Assembly (NCBI GenBank): GCA_012026655.1
Contig: JAAILG010001454.1
Span: 1-64,000 of the forward strand
Reading direction: 5' to 3'
From: Hydrolagus affinis
Lineage: Eukaryota
Length of the DNA stretch: 64,000 nt
The notes under the pieces are model-generated. The model was not told the DNA's origin. It searched no databases and saw only the letters and a program-made list of their open reading frames with translations. The first letter of the stretch is position 1. Every line of letters begins with the position of its first letter. A program made the translations under genes and the position numbers. This document shows, piece by piece, positions 37,819-49,789 of this stretch.

Positions 37819-39005
37819 TACTGACTTGCAACAATGCAGATCAAAGCAACTTTCACTTTCCATTCCATTCCATGCTTACAGAGGCTTAGCTAACGATATG
37901 ATATAGTCAGGATGATGTGCAGTTGTTTCGATCGGTATATTGATCATAAATGGGGTGGGGCTGCATTTAAAAAAAATACCAAAAGGGTCTGTTCTGATTG
38001 TATTGATCCACTATATCCTGAGGGTCATTGTTGTATGTTGCCGTTCTGATGTATGCAACATTTAATATGCAATTGCTTTCTCTTACAACCAATTTAAATT
38101 GCACAGCCATAATTGAAGTATTAATTTTATCTGAAATGAATTCTTGCGGTCTGCAGGCTGTCCTTTACCCAATACTGTGTATATATATATATATATATAT
38201 AAAGGAAGCTTGAAACACCAATTTTGCCAGGCAGGAAATGGTTGCTAAGCAATGCTTCGCATAATGTATTAGTTAGCAATCTGCTAAGCTAAGAAGATTA
38301 TCCACTTGGGAAAAAATACTTTTTAAACATCTTTCAATCTGGATGCGACTGAAAGGGGGGTGACAGCTGATTGAATTAAAAACTCAATGTTATCATGGTG
38401 GCGAGTGCAACGCCGCAGAATGGAGGGATATTGTTATCAGGAAAACTCAATTACTATAATCATGTGGCAAATTATTGCAGCAAATTATGCTGTATTTTAT
38501 GTTCAAATCATTATTGCTTGTGAAAAGACATCTCTCATCAGCGCATTGATGGGCTTCTCCTTTAGTATACAGAGATGGAAAGGCACGGTCGTGAATAACG
38601 TCGGTTAGAAATAACCTTGTATGGCCCTCGTGTGATATAATTGGACATTTGCACATGTTACTATCCTTGATTCCCCCTCCTTCAGCCCGATGAGAGAGCA
38701 ACAACAACTTGCACAGAGTGCCCTTCATACAGAATAGTGTCTCAGAGCTCGTAACAGCGGCAGAGCCTGACACTGAGGTAACTGCCAGCATCGTCGAAGA
38801 GGCAGGTCTTCAGGTGTGATCAGCAAATGGGGAAAGAGGGGCAAGGCGGAGGGATCGAGCAAGAGACTTCCAAAGCTTTTGGGGGGGGGGGGGGTAGTAT
38901 CTAAAAGCTGACGGTGGAGCTGAAGGGACGAGGGCAAAGCAGGAGGCCGGAGCCAGGAGGTGTCGGGGGGTAGAGTGGGGAGTTAGCAGGTAGGGAGTAA
39001 CGATA

Positions 39006-39339
39006 TAATAATAATAATAATAATCCTTGCATTAGATATGGCCCTTTTCACATCTTATCGATGTCTCAAAGCGCTTCACAAAATATACTGTAAAGTGAAT
39101 TGACTGTGTATTTGTGGGCGAAACGCGGCAGCCAATTGCACACAGAAGTGTCCCACAAACAGTCGTGGATTGAAAATGACCAATTTTTATTATTGTGTTT
39201 TTTTGGACAGATTATTATTATTAGGCGTGTGGAGTAAGGAAACTTGCCCAAGGTTTCGCCCTGACCTGCCTGGATTTGAACACAGGTCTCACACTTGGTG
39301 AGTAAGGCGAGTGCTCTAACCACTGAGCTACAGGAGCTC
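39006..39339 (-). mobile_element. Full-length young tRNA-derived SINE
   Basis: Minus strand reads gagctcctgtagctcagtggttagagcac (A box) ... gttcaaatcc (B box), body with 3' Deu-like segment, L2-type tail, (TAT)n. Confidence 0.92.
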
Positions 39340-39755
39340 AGGAATTTCCAAGCAAGTGTGAGCAACTTGAAGTGTTGGGTGCACAGTTTGGTTCCTGGTG
39401 AACTGAGCTCCAGCTCATTCCAACCCCAGCCTCTAAGCTCACCGCTCGTTTGAAGCTGAAATGTAGGTTAATGCTATCTGAGTGTGTGTTTGTCCAAACC
39501 TACAGAATGAAATGTCTGTCTCCTGGGTTCAGTGGAGGCAGCCCTTCTACAGATTGTTCTGTGAGCATGGAAATCTATTAAATAGTAAAGGTTTGGGATA
39601 CATAATTGGGTCAGTGCCTCATGGATGGCATACCTTCATTCCCTCCTTGTTCTGCCACTAAGAGCAGTGCTCATTTAAATGCTGTTGCACACGGTGACAT
39701 TTGAGTGTGGAATTAAAAAAAATTTATTCCTAGGAAAGCACTTTAAGAATTGTTC

Positions 39756-39853
39756 TGACAAGGGGTCGTGGACCTGAAACGTTGACTCACTTTTTCCTTT
39801 CTTCATAGATTCTGCCTGACCCACTGAGTGTTCCCCGCCACTTCTGTTTTTTG
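39756..39853 (+). mobile_element. Penelope-like retroelement terminal fragment with 14-bp TSD
   Basis: tgacaaggggtcgtggacctgaaacgttgactc...ctgcctgacccactgagtgttcc...ttctgttttt flanked by TTTAAGAATTGTTC at 39742-39755 and 39854-39867; family assignment from recalled shark Penelope ends. Confidence 0.7.
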
Positions 39854-40325
39854 TTTAAGAATTGTTCATTGGTTTTGCGATTTGCGGATAACGCTCCTTA
39901 ATTTTGCGCCAACCAATTCAACCTGGTGTGACGTCCATAACTACTTGTCGAACTGTGGAGCCACAAAGCAGCAATAGTTTAAAAGAAGTTGGTGATCTGT
40001 GGCTATAGCCAAGGCATCACATGCCACAACTCGGATACATAATAATGTTTCAACCTAGGTTCCAAACAAGTGCTGAAAAATAAACTTATCACTTCAATGA
40101 GAAACACAAAGATAAATTGGAGCGATTTGCTACCTGCTCTTGTGTATTCTGTTATCAAACAAATTTCATTTCAAAAAAAATGTTGGGAGGAATGCTTTTC
40201 AAGATGCGAAAATTTACAACGGATGATTTTACAGCATTTCACAAAATAAGGACTGAGCAAATTCTAAAAAGATCATAACCGATCGCGCTTGTACTCTGAG
40301 ACCAAAGCCTTCAAACAATACAGGT

Positions 40326-40422
40326 ATGAATATGAATGAACATAAGAACAGGAGTAGACCATTCAGACCTTTGAGCCTGTTCCATCATTTAATTAGATCA
40401 TGCCTGATCTGTACCTCACTCA
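40326..40422 (-). mobile_element. CR1 LINE 3' end fragment
   Basis: acataagaacaggagtagaccattcagacctttgagcctgttcc...agatcatg.ctgatct, typical reverse-strand CR1 3' UTR of cartilaginous fishes as recalled. Confidence 0.65.
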
Positions 40423-40779
40423 TCCTTTCAATGGCATCTGACAAGAGAGTGGCACAGATCTACCAAAGATACTGTATGTTACATTGTCAGATGTCTGTTT
40501 ATAAAACAGAGAAGAATTCAACATTGCACTGGGTTCATCAATTAAACAGATAAAAGCAACAATACAGATCCATAAAAATATTTCAAACTGGAAATGTTGT
40601 TGTACTGTTGTTGTACTATACTATATCCAGGAAAATCACACTGTAACTCTGTGTAACTAATCTTGCCAGTGGTATTTGAAACTCAGCCCATTGGATTGCA
40701 CTCCAGGTGTGAATGGTGCTATATAAATGCAAATTATTGTTGTTGTTGCTGCTGCTGCAACTTAGTACTAATTTCATGC

Positions 40780-41093
40780 GGAGTCCTGTAGCTCCGTGGT
40801 TAGAGCATTCGCCTTATATGTGAGAGACATGGGTTCAATTCCAGGCAGGGTGAAGCCATGGGCAAATTTCCCTACCCAACATGCCTAATAATAATCCCTA
40901 AAAAAAATATATTGGACATTTCAATCGATGATCGTTTATGGGACACTGCTGTGCGCAATTGGCTTCTGTGTTTTGCCCACACATATATATATAGTCAATT
41001 CACGTTACAGTATATTCTGTGAAGCGCTTTGGGATGTCTAGAAGATGTGAAAAACACTATATCAAATGCAAGGATTATTATTATTATTATTAT
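40780..41093 (+). mobile_element. Full-length young tRNA-derived SINE
   Basis: ggagtcctgtagctccgtggttagagc head, gttcaattcc B box, body, (TAT)n tail. Confidence 0.92.
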
Positions 41094-41387
41094 CATGGAA
41101 CTACATCAAACTACCTATTCAGATTCATTGCATAGCTTGATGACCAGCACAGGATATTGGTTCCTAGTCCAAGTCGTATCACTTTGAGAAAGATGTCAAG
41201 TGGGGGTTTAACCTAGTTGCTCTCTGTGAGGAGAATATTTTGAGGTCAGTTCAGAGCAGTGTAGGTGGAGGTGGTGGAACATTGGAAATAAGTCATCAGA
41301 GCACCCTCAGCCAGAGGTGATCTGGATTCATGTACGGCAAAAAATCTCAGCCATGTTTTCCATCAATATAATAGACAGGTATATAAG

Positions 41388-41487
41388 TATAATAATTCTT
41401 GCATTTGATATATAGCACCTTGGCACATCATTGGGACATTTCAAAGCACTTCATAGAATCTACCGTAAAGTGAACTGACTGTACATT
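41388..41487 (-). mobile_element. Diverged SINE 3' fragment
   Basis: ataataattcttgcatttgatata...tcaaagcacttcatagaa. Confidence 0.7.
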
Positions 41488-43137
41488 ATGTTGAGATCCA
41501 GAACCTTATTTTCCATTATAATCCCGATTGTTTATAATTCTGTGCATCAGAAAATGAGTTTAAAAAAAACACTGCGATCGCCCAGCTCTGGGCAAAGATA
41601 AAATGTAAATATCCATGCAAATGAGGATTAATGAGATTAATGACGCGTTACAATGTTTTTCAAGTGATTCCCAATATGCGATTTTAAAATATTCCTGCCG
41701 AGGTGCTCCTTTGCCCTTATTGAAATTCTGGAAGCTAAGCTGGTTCCAAGAGCATTGCATTAAAAATGTATGCAACCCTTCATCTTGTGTCTTATGCATA
41801 AATCAATATCACTGCCGTTACTTGGAAATCCAAAGACATGTGTTGTAAGCAGATTCAGCTGGGGAAAAGGTATTAAGACACACAAATTGAATATGGTTAA
41901 CTTAATGACGCCTATAGTATGTGTCTCAGTCATATGTGTGCATGAGACTAGTCTGTCACACTGTATTGGAAAAGGGTATCAGCTGGTAGTGGAGGCAACA
42001 ACAACTTGTATTTATGTATCACCCCTCACGCAGGACAGCTTGCATTCCAGAGAGCAGTCCTACAGAGGACAGTGCTGTGACTTACAACTGTCATGACAAC
42101 AACAAATTCTGAGCATTTATCTTATTTAGCATCTTCATATAGCCAAGAATCATTGGCTAATTACAAAAAGTTGCTGTTATGTTTAGCATCGCTCTTTATA
42201 ATCTATTGGATGTGTTTCAAATTGAATTGTGAAGTTTGCCCTTGATTGAGAATGTAACCCTATCAACTTTCTTTAACAAGCTTATTTTTGAAAGCAGAAT
42301 GTATCAATCAGTTGCAAAGGCAGAAAAGAGGTCGACATAACTAGATATCTGAATGACCTTTGGAAACATGGAACAATTTTCACCATCTTCCTTATTTCTT
42401 ACATGTTGGATCTTCATAAAATTTATATGAACCCTAAAGTATGCACAAAGGATTTTACTAAACATTAAAGGAACGAGGACCATGGAAAACACTTGCTCCA
42501 AAACTCTGCTTTAAAGCACTGTCTCAGTGTTTTTTTCTAACCCTCCCACCAGCCCCCCACAAGTGGTCTGGGTGACTATCAAGGTTACCATTGTAGTGTG
42601 GCTATCAGCAGTGAAATTCAGAGCACTAACACTCGACCAAGTCATCTGATGGGAGAACAAGATGGGCGATGGCCAGTTACAGCAAATGTGGCAGGCAGTG
42701 GGGTGAAGGATTGAGAACCAGGGAAGCGGCAGAATCAAATGATGGATGAAAGGGATAAATGAAGGGAGATTGGAGCGCAATTGGCAAACCATGTTTCAAA
42801 GCCATTTGTGGTAAACTCAGGAGCAGGAAGGGAATGTCGTGTTCGAAGTCATTGAGGACACATTTTGTATTTTATCTGCCAAGCTGACTGCAAAATCCAC
42901 ACACCCAATTTCTGAGTTACAAGTCAAGAGAATTGTTTGTGATGCCTATATTTAAAAAATTAGGTTATTTCAGCCTCTGAAAGCATTTAACTGGTATCTG
43001 CTGTGATGCTTGGTTGAGACAGACAGATTTACTGATTACATTTGGGGTCTCTATTGGTTGGAGGGGAAGAGCTGGATTAACATTAATTGCCAAAAAGACA
43101 GGACGGATGCACACTTTTAATATCCAGTCCTGACTCC

Positions 43138-43365
43138 AATAATAATAATCCTTATATTTGATGTAGCACCTTTCAAGAGGACATCACAAATGACTTTACA
43201 GGATATACCGCAAACTAAATGTGGTGACTTTTTGCTGGACACCCCCCAGCACTGCATAATTGTGACAGTTTCTAGACAACAGGAGTTCAAAGTCTTGAAG
43301 TAGGGCTTGAACCCACAATCTTCTGAGTCGGAAGTGAGTCTGCATCCAGCGAGCCAGGCTGACAC
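43138..43365 (-). mobile_element. Older Deu-type SINE with internal deletion
   Basis: Head gggcttgaacccacaatcttctgagtc...gagccaggctgacac shared with 25250-25305; tail aataataatcctt. Confidence 0.7.
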
Positions 43366-43544
43366 ACAACTGCGGTAGCAGTTTACCAAACGTCCCCCCC
43401 TCCCCACCCCCACCCTGCTCCTGGCAGCAGTAAATTCTATTGCAGTTCACCCAAGCATGGGCCTTAAACTTTACATTTCCTGCACAGTGATTGATGGGTT
43501 ATTGAGATAATGCATTTAGCTGAAAAAGAAGCACTGGATTTAAA

Positions 43545-43795
43545 ACAACATGAACAACAAAATTACATTTGTGGAGCACCTTTCACATCGAGAGGATGTC
43601 CCAAGGCTCTGATCAGTCAGGACTCGAGGGGGCAGGATTGGGATGTGGGAGGGCAGTGAGGTAGGATGGCAGCTGAAGGTGGAAAAGGAGGGTCTTGAGA
43701 CTGGCCTTCAAAGAGGCAATGGAGGGAGCGAGGTGAAGGGATTGTGGGATGGAGTTTCAAAGCGTGCGGGAAGAGAGGCCACCGATGGTAGGGCG
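43545..43795 (-). mobile_element. Degenerate L2 LINE 3' end
   Basis: aacaacaaaattacattt...cctttcacatcgagaggatgtcccaagg plus purine-rich upstream part. Confidence 0.65.
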
Positions 43796-45241
43796 GTTCG
43801 GGCCAATTTAACAGTGAAAATGACTTAATATACCTGGAGGATTTACCTCGAGAACTCACAGCAAATTATAAAGGACAACAAGTCAGCTGTGATTCCACTA
43901 CTTTTAGAAAGATTCACGCATCCCCAATCTGGGTTGGACGTTACCGTCCAAAGTGTAGAACCTGTTAACTGATCTTAATGTGCTTTGTAACCACAACGCA
44001 ACCTGGTGACTGACTGAAGAACTAAACTCCTTGCTTTAACATGTGCTACATCAGCTGATTCCACATGAGAACACACAGTGTAACTGAGGTAACATGACCT
44101 GCTCTTATGGAATTCAAAATGCTAGCCTGGATTATACTGCACATCAACAAGTCCATTTGTGTCTGAATATATATATATATCTATCAAGTTCAATCCATTT
44201 TCTTCATCTGCAATGAAACTGAAAAAATCCATGCATATGTAATGCGTTGTTCCTCAACTCCTTTCAATGCCAATTGTTCTAACGCTAATCATTTTGTTTC
44301 TCTGGATAATAAATCATGACTTCTCAAGTCAGGTGCCTACACCTCCATATTTTTCCCCAAAGCTTCTTACTGGAGGCACGTCACGGGTCAAGTCAAGACC
44401 GACCACCCCCCCAAAATGGGACACTTGCCGCAAAGGAAGGATGCAAGCCATTAGGTTTGGGGAAACATTGTAGGATGAGTATCTCATTGGTGAAAAATCC
44501 TCTAACCAGAGAAACTTGTTAAAACCCACAATAGCTGACTTGGACATTACATCCTCTGGACTTCAGATGGAAGCAAATTAAGATGTAGCCAGACACACAA
44601 GTAATGATTTGGTTGCTGGGCAATGGATGACCGATGACCGGCTTTGGTCACATTGTCACCTTTTGTGAAATTTGAAGAAAGTTCAAATAGCTTTCTTCTT
44701 AATAGCTTTTTTTTTGTGGGGGGGACAAAACAATACTGCATTTTGAAGCTTAGAAATGCTAATCTTGTCATTCAAGTCTCTTCAGAGTTACTGATCTGGC
44801 AACTGCAAAATGGAGCTCAATTGAATGAAGTACAAAGTCCTCGCTGCGATATTCATATAGAAGCAAAAGTATCCAATTATCTCCACACATTGGCGGCCGA
44901 TAATTATTTTCATGTTCACAGCTTCACTTCCATATCACAAGCCATAAAGACAGTTACACTGTCATAAATCTGCTGCATTCAGCGCTTTATGGTAGAAGTA
45001 ATGAATCACTGTCAGAAATTATTTAATGTGACTAGTACTGTATATAAATTCAAGTTTTCTCACTGTCAGAGAAAGAGCTGTGACAAACAACTGGAACTTG
45101 TGTACAAGTGGCCTTCACTGTGTTTTGAACAGCCTCCTTTGGGAAGGCTCAACAAAGACAATAAGCTATAAAAATATAGAAATCCAGTAGAAAAACAAAA
45201 ATATAGTATAAAGTAAGAGAATGGGGTACAGTGGAGAACCG

Positions 45242-45367
45242 ATAATAATCCCTGCCTTTGGTACAGCCTCTTATCACATCATTGAGATGTCTCAAAACGC
45301 CTCACACAAAATATAAATCATACAATCCACACAAAGTGAATTGCCTGTATAATTGTGCACAAAACGC
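45242..45367 (-). mobile_element. Diverged SINE 3' fragment
   Basis: ataataatccctgcctttg...gagatgtctcaaaacgc...aaagtgaattg. Confidence 0.6.
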
Positions 45368-45710
45368 AAAAAAACTAAAGATGTTGAATATGTTAGCGTG
45401 TGTGTGTCTTGTTAGTTTAAGATGATATTACACAGTAGCTACTGATGATATAGTATTTCTTAGTAGTTTATTGAAAGCCAATATTTACACAGGTTATATT
45501 GTATCTTTGTTTGGTTTGTTATGTGGGAACACTTACATTAATGGAATACACTCATATTATTGCTTTGTGGGAATAAATTATTATTATTCGAGCACTTTAA
45601 TGAATAACACTATGCAAATAATAATATCCTACAAAGTCAACATTTTAGTGCTGCTAATTTATTCAGCCTAACTTAATATTGACCATGGTAGCATCTTCAT
45701 GTCTCTTCAA

Positions 45711-45771
45711 TGCCTTGGGATGTCCTCCCGACGTGAAAGGCGCTCTATAAATGTAATGTTGTTGTTGTTGT
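45711..45771 (+). mobile_element. L2 tail with (TTG)n
   Basis: gccttgggatgtcctcccgacgtgaaaggcgctctataaatgtaat. Confidence 0.8.
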
Positions 45772-48700
45772 CTTCATGTCCAGTGGGTAATGATGCTAAT
45801 TGGTTTAGCACTAAGCCATAAGGAGCGAAAGGTCACATTCATTGAGTAGTAAGGACACTTCAGGAGGAAAGGGCAGGGAACAAAATTAAAACAATGTCAC
45901 TGTCTAATAAAAAGCTGGAACAGGTTTAAATGAGCTACACGGTCTATGAATAAAGATCAAACTGAGCAACTGGAGTGTGATTTGTGTCCAAGAAACTGTA
46001 CCCAGTAGAGGGGGATCAAAAAGAACACTTCTAAGAACAGAGAGGAGATACATGGGAGGAGAGAAAGTCATACTGTAACGGTTAAGATAATTTCTGACAG
46101 TAACGTTCACGTAAGAGTTCATTGGAAGAGCAATGAGCCAGTGGAAATGTTTCATGTGCAGTTGAGCTATTTAAGTGGCTTAGACCAGACAATGCGTTGC
46201 CTGCAATAGATTCCACAGTCCACGTGATAAATCACAAGGGAAATCAAAAGCGTGTCACAGTCAAACAAACCCGGTTTCTGCCTGACATCAGGATCAGTGC
46301 ATCTCAAATGTTTGTGTGTCTGAAAATTTAAAGGCTTTCTGATTCAATTGGCACTTCCGCTAAATTAAATGTCAGGGAAGGCCAGCAGGCTAATCAATGT
46401 AGGTGGGGGAAGGGGAAGGGCATTGGAAGGACTGAGCAAGATTCAGTCCTAGTCTCTGAAACCCACACATCTGCACTTTTCAGCAGGGATCATTAGTGAG
46501 TGATGGTCAACTGGAGATATTGCATCCTATTTTTCCCTTTACACCTCCTTGTCCAGGGCACAGAGCAAATTGTAAGTTTAAGTAGATTGGAAATCAACTG
46601 TGCTCAAACTCCTGATGTGAAAAATAATCTTAATCTGAAAATAGCTCTAAAATGAGATGTGCTTACTACCGATTTAAACATTGCACCCAAAGTTATTTCA
46701 GTTTCCAAAATATTCTGGTCACTTTTCCATTTCCCGTAACTACACAATATTTGAGAGAAAAAAAATCCAACAATATATAAAAGTATAAAAACACTCGATC
46801 AAAATAAGCATTCTAAAATTGCAGAGTGCCTCGTTTTACTCTGTGTGCTTAGAAAATCTCCAGATACATTTTAAAATGTAGATTCTAATCTGCATTACTG
46901 CATGGAGGCACAAATACTAAGAACACCACAAAGCTGCTTAACTAGCAATCAAACTTCAACTCTATCTGTAGGATTTAAAGGGTCCAAACCAATAGTATTC
47001 GAAACAACTCTCACAACATTCTAAGATTGCTTTCTTTATCAGAGAATGTTAAATTACAGTGGGGGAAAAAGCATAGACAGATCCACTCTAGTCCATCCCA
47101 GTATTAATGGCACACTTCCTGTTTAAAAGAGACTGACTTCATAGCCTGCATTACATCCAGTTGAGTGCACAATTTCTATAAATAATTTATGAGAGGCACT
47201 GGGGCCTGTGTAGTGGTCAATTTATAAAAAGGTTTGAGAAACGTCAGCATTTTTATTGCACACTCATTGTTACTTGGGCAAGAAAGGGTTCTGAAATCAA
47301 ATGTAACTAGGAAACAGTGTTTCCAATTTATAAAAAGATTTATTATACCAGAGTATGTAATGGATCAACATAACATTCTGGCTATGTTTCCATGTCTGTA
47401 TGAATATGGAGGGTGGGGGTTGGAAATAACAGTCATACATAATACAAAAGAGGCTACCGGTAATCCAAATAAACTTCTAAATTCACAGAACGCCTCATTT
47501 TATTTTATGTCTGCATATAAACGATGTGATCTCAGACAGGCTAATTGCTAGATAACCTTCTGAAGCAAACTGATTTTAAATTACTGCTGTTGATGATAAA
47601 TATAACTGGAAACAGCATATGGTAAAATAGCTGAAATCCACAACTTGGTACCATTTTTTGTTTCGAAACGAAAGTCACTAAATTTGCAATTGTGAACTTG
47701 CTCAACATTTTACACAACACTATGTTTCAACTTGGGTCTAATCAGTGCAGACATGACACCAAAATTAAATTAAATCCTACTGTCCCATCACAATTAATAC
47801 CCTCAAAGGCAATACTTTGGGCTGTCTTGAATCTACTGGGAGCTAGACATATACAGTACTAGGATATTTATTCAATATTAAGATAATTACTTATTAATAT
47901 ATTTATTAAATATTAAGCTTGGATAAATTTGGATAAATACTAAGATGTAATAAAACACTCTCTGGTGTCCTTACCAAAAATCTCCCAAATGAAATTGGTC
48001 ATTCACTCCATGGCTGTTTGTACCACACTAGCGTGCACAGATTCGCTGCTGTATTTGCCTGCAAATCACAGTGACTCCACTTTACAGAGGATCCATTTAT
48101 CAGGATGTCCTCCTGATTTAAAAGGCGCCGCATCAAATGTAAGGATGTTATTAAGCCAAGCTGATGCTTCAGAGTAAGTTACTGAAACATCAAAATACAA
48201 AATATCAGTGAATCAACCATTGCGTGTCTTTTGTATTTGCAAATAGCCATCCTACTCATTCGGATTGTCAGCCCATATTTTTCCTACAAACTATTGTTTT
48301 GAAATATTATATCGAGTTATGTTTGGCATCTCTATCGGGGGGCCCGAGAACCAACACATTGCAAACGACTGTTTTGATCCATTTACAATGTGGATTTTTC
48401 TGCATATAAAAAGAACACACGCGTACTACATTTTCTTGTTCATTGTAACCGCAAGGCTGATTGACAAAGCAAATGGATTCTGAAACAAGACTGCTGATTC
48501 ACGCGATTCCCACCAGCTCCAAGTGCAGTGTTGTGAGCTCAAAAAGACTAGAGGTTGCGATTTCTGTACTCAAAAGTACAAAAAGAATTAAACTGGGTTT
48601 GATCCTTGTTCATGTGGCGTTGCAGAGGAATTTATAAAGCGGTTTTCTTTTGTCCTTTGCGTATATTTTAGACCTGCAAAACAGTGCAGTCGCCAAAGGT

Positions 48701-49612
48701 CTTAAATGCTGTTGTTTGCAAACTGGATTAAGCATTTATCGAAGTCTCAACCATTTTTTTTCATATACTGTGTATATATATATTTTGAAAATACATGTTG
48801 AATTTCTTAGGCCACGTTCATTAGGAATAAAGGTGAAGAGAGGGCGAGGTCAATGTTGATTTTTGGGGGGTGATCGCAATACTGATTTGTTCATGATTTT
48901 TGCCAATGAGATCAACCCCAAATTGAAATTGATTCATTTCAATGGTCCTCTCCCTTCCCTCCCTCCCCATTGCGAATCAAACCAAGGAACATTTGGAAAT
49001 ATATATAATAATCCTTGAATTTGATATAGCACTATACTGTATATATATATATGCCAAAAAAACAAGCATTAAAACACACGCCCATCGATGGTGCAGATGC
49101 AATTTTCTCAATCAATAAACTCCCAATGCACCAACCGCCCAGATCATCAAAAATTGGTGTGTGTGTTTTTGCCGCAAACGATGGAGAAACAGGGACCTGT
49201 CAAGTTTCATGTTGTTTTGCACACATTACTTGCGGGCTGCCATGCGCAGTTATTGCGGTATAGACCCATTTGCCAATTCTCTAACTGGATCCACACATTT
49301 TGTTTTTAATCCTGTAGCCATCATACCCTGGTCTGTAAACCCTCACACACACAGCCTCCACTTTGCACGAGTTTGCATTAGCTTGGAAATATTATGCACT
49401 CATCTATCTATCTATTTCTCTCCCACTCTCCCTTCCTCCATCATCATCAACAACAACTAACATCCCATCTCCACTCCCCCCCCCCCACCCTCCATACCCC
49501 ACCCCCCATGTGTCTCAGATACAAACCCTTAAACAAAAACAAGCATGACAATTCATTCACACTCAACACTCTCTCTCTCTCTCTCCCCTCCCTTGGAAAA
49601 GCAAAGCAATAC

Positions 49613-49647
<35 letters not shown>

Positions 49648-49670
49648 GAAGAGAGAAAGATATATATAGA
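49613..49670. repeat. Compound (TA)n(GA)n microsatellite next to the CD99L2 first-exon donor
   Basis: Directly visible; begins within about 10 nt of the splice donor. Confidence 0.9.
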
Positions 49671-49677
49671 GCCTTAC

Positions 49678-49738
49678 CTCTCGTTGTCATAACAGTATAA
49701 CTGATGCACATGAGAAAAACTCTACATGAAAACGCCAT
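49678..49738 (-). CDS. CD99L2: CD99L2 first coding exon (signal peptide MAFSCRVFLMCISYTVMTTR)
   Basis: Strong Kozak context ccgaccATGG, 61 nt, GAG|gtaagg phase-1 donor that joins exon 30977 in frame; adjacent to promoter-like low-complexity region. Confidence 0.82.
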
Positions 49739-49789
49739 GGTCGGATTTTTGGGGGGTGGGTGGGTGGGGGGAGAACGATTACAGGGGCT

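Larger units (their letters stand above)
14040..49738 (-). other. CD99L2: CD99L2 gene (CD99 antigen-like 2), complete CDS in 11 exons, about 241 aa type I membrane protein
   Basis: Signal peptide, repeated FDLSDA acidic motifs, Thr/Pro-rich mucin segment, FSDDDL..GGY.PDK motif, TM segment TIAGITSGLAVAVLGAVTSFIAYQKKQLCF, cytoplasmic DYVKG and TQSAQPP typical of CD99L2 rather than CD99; synteny with MTMR1. Confidence 0.92.
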
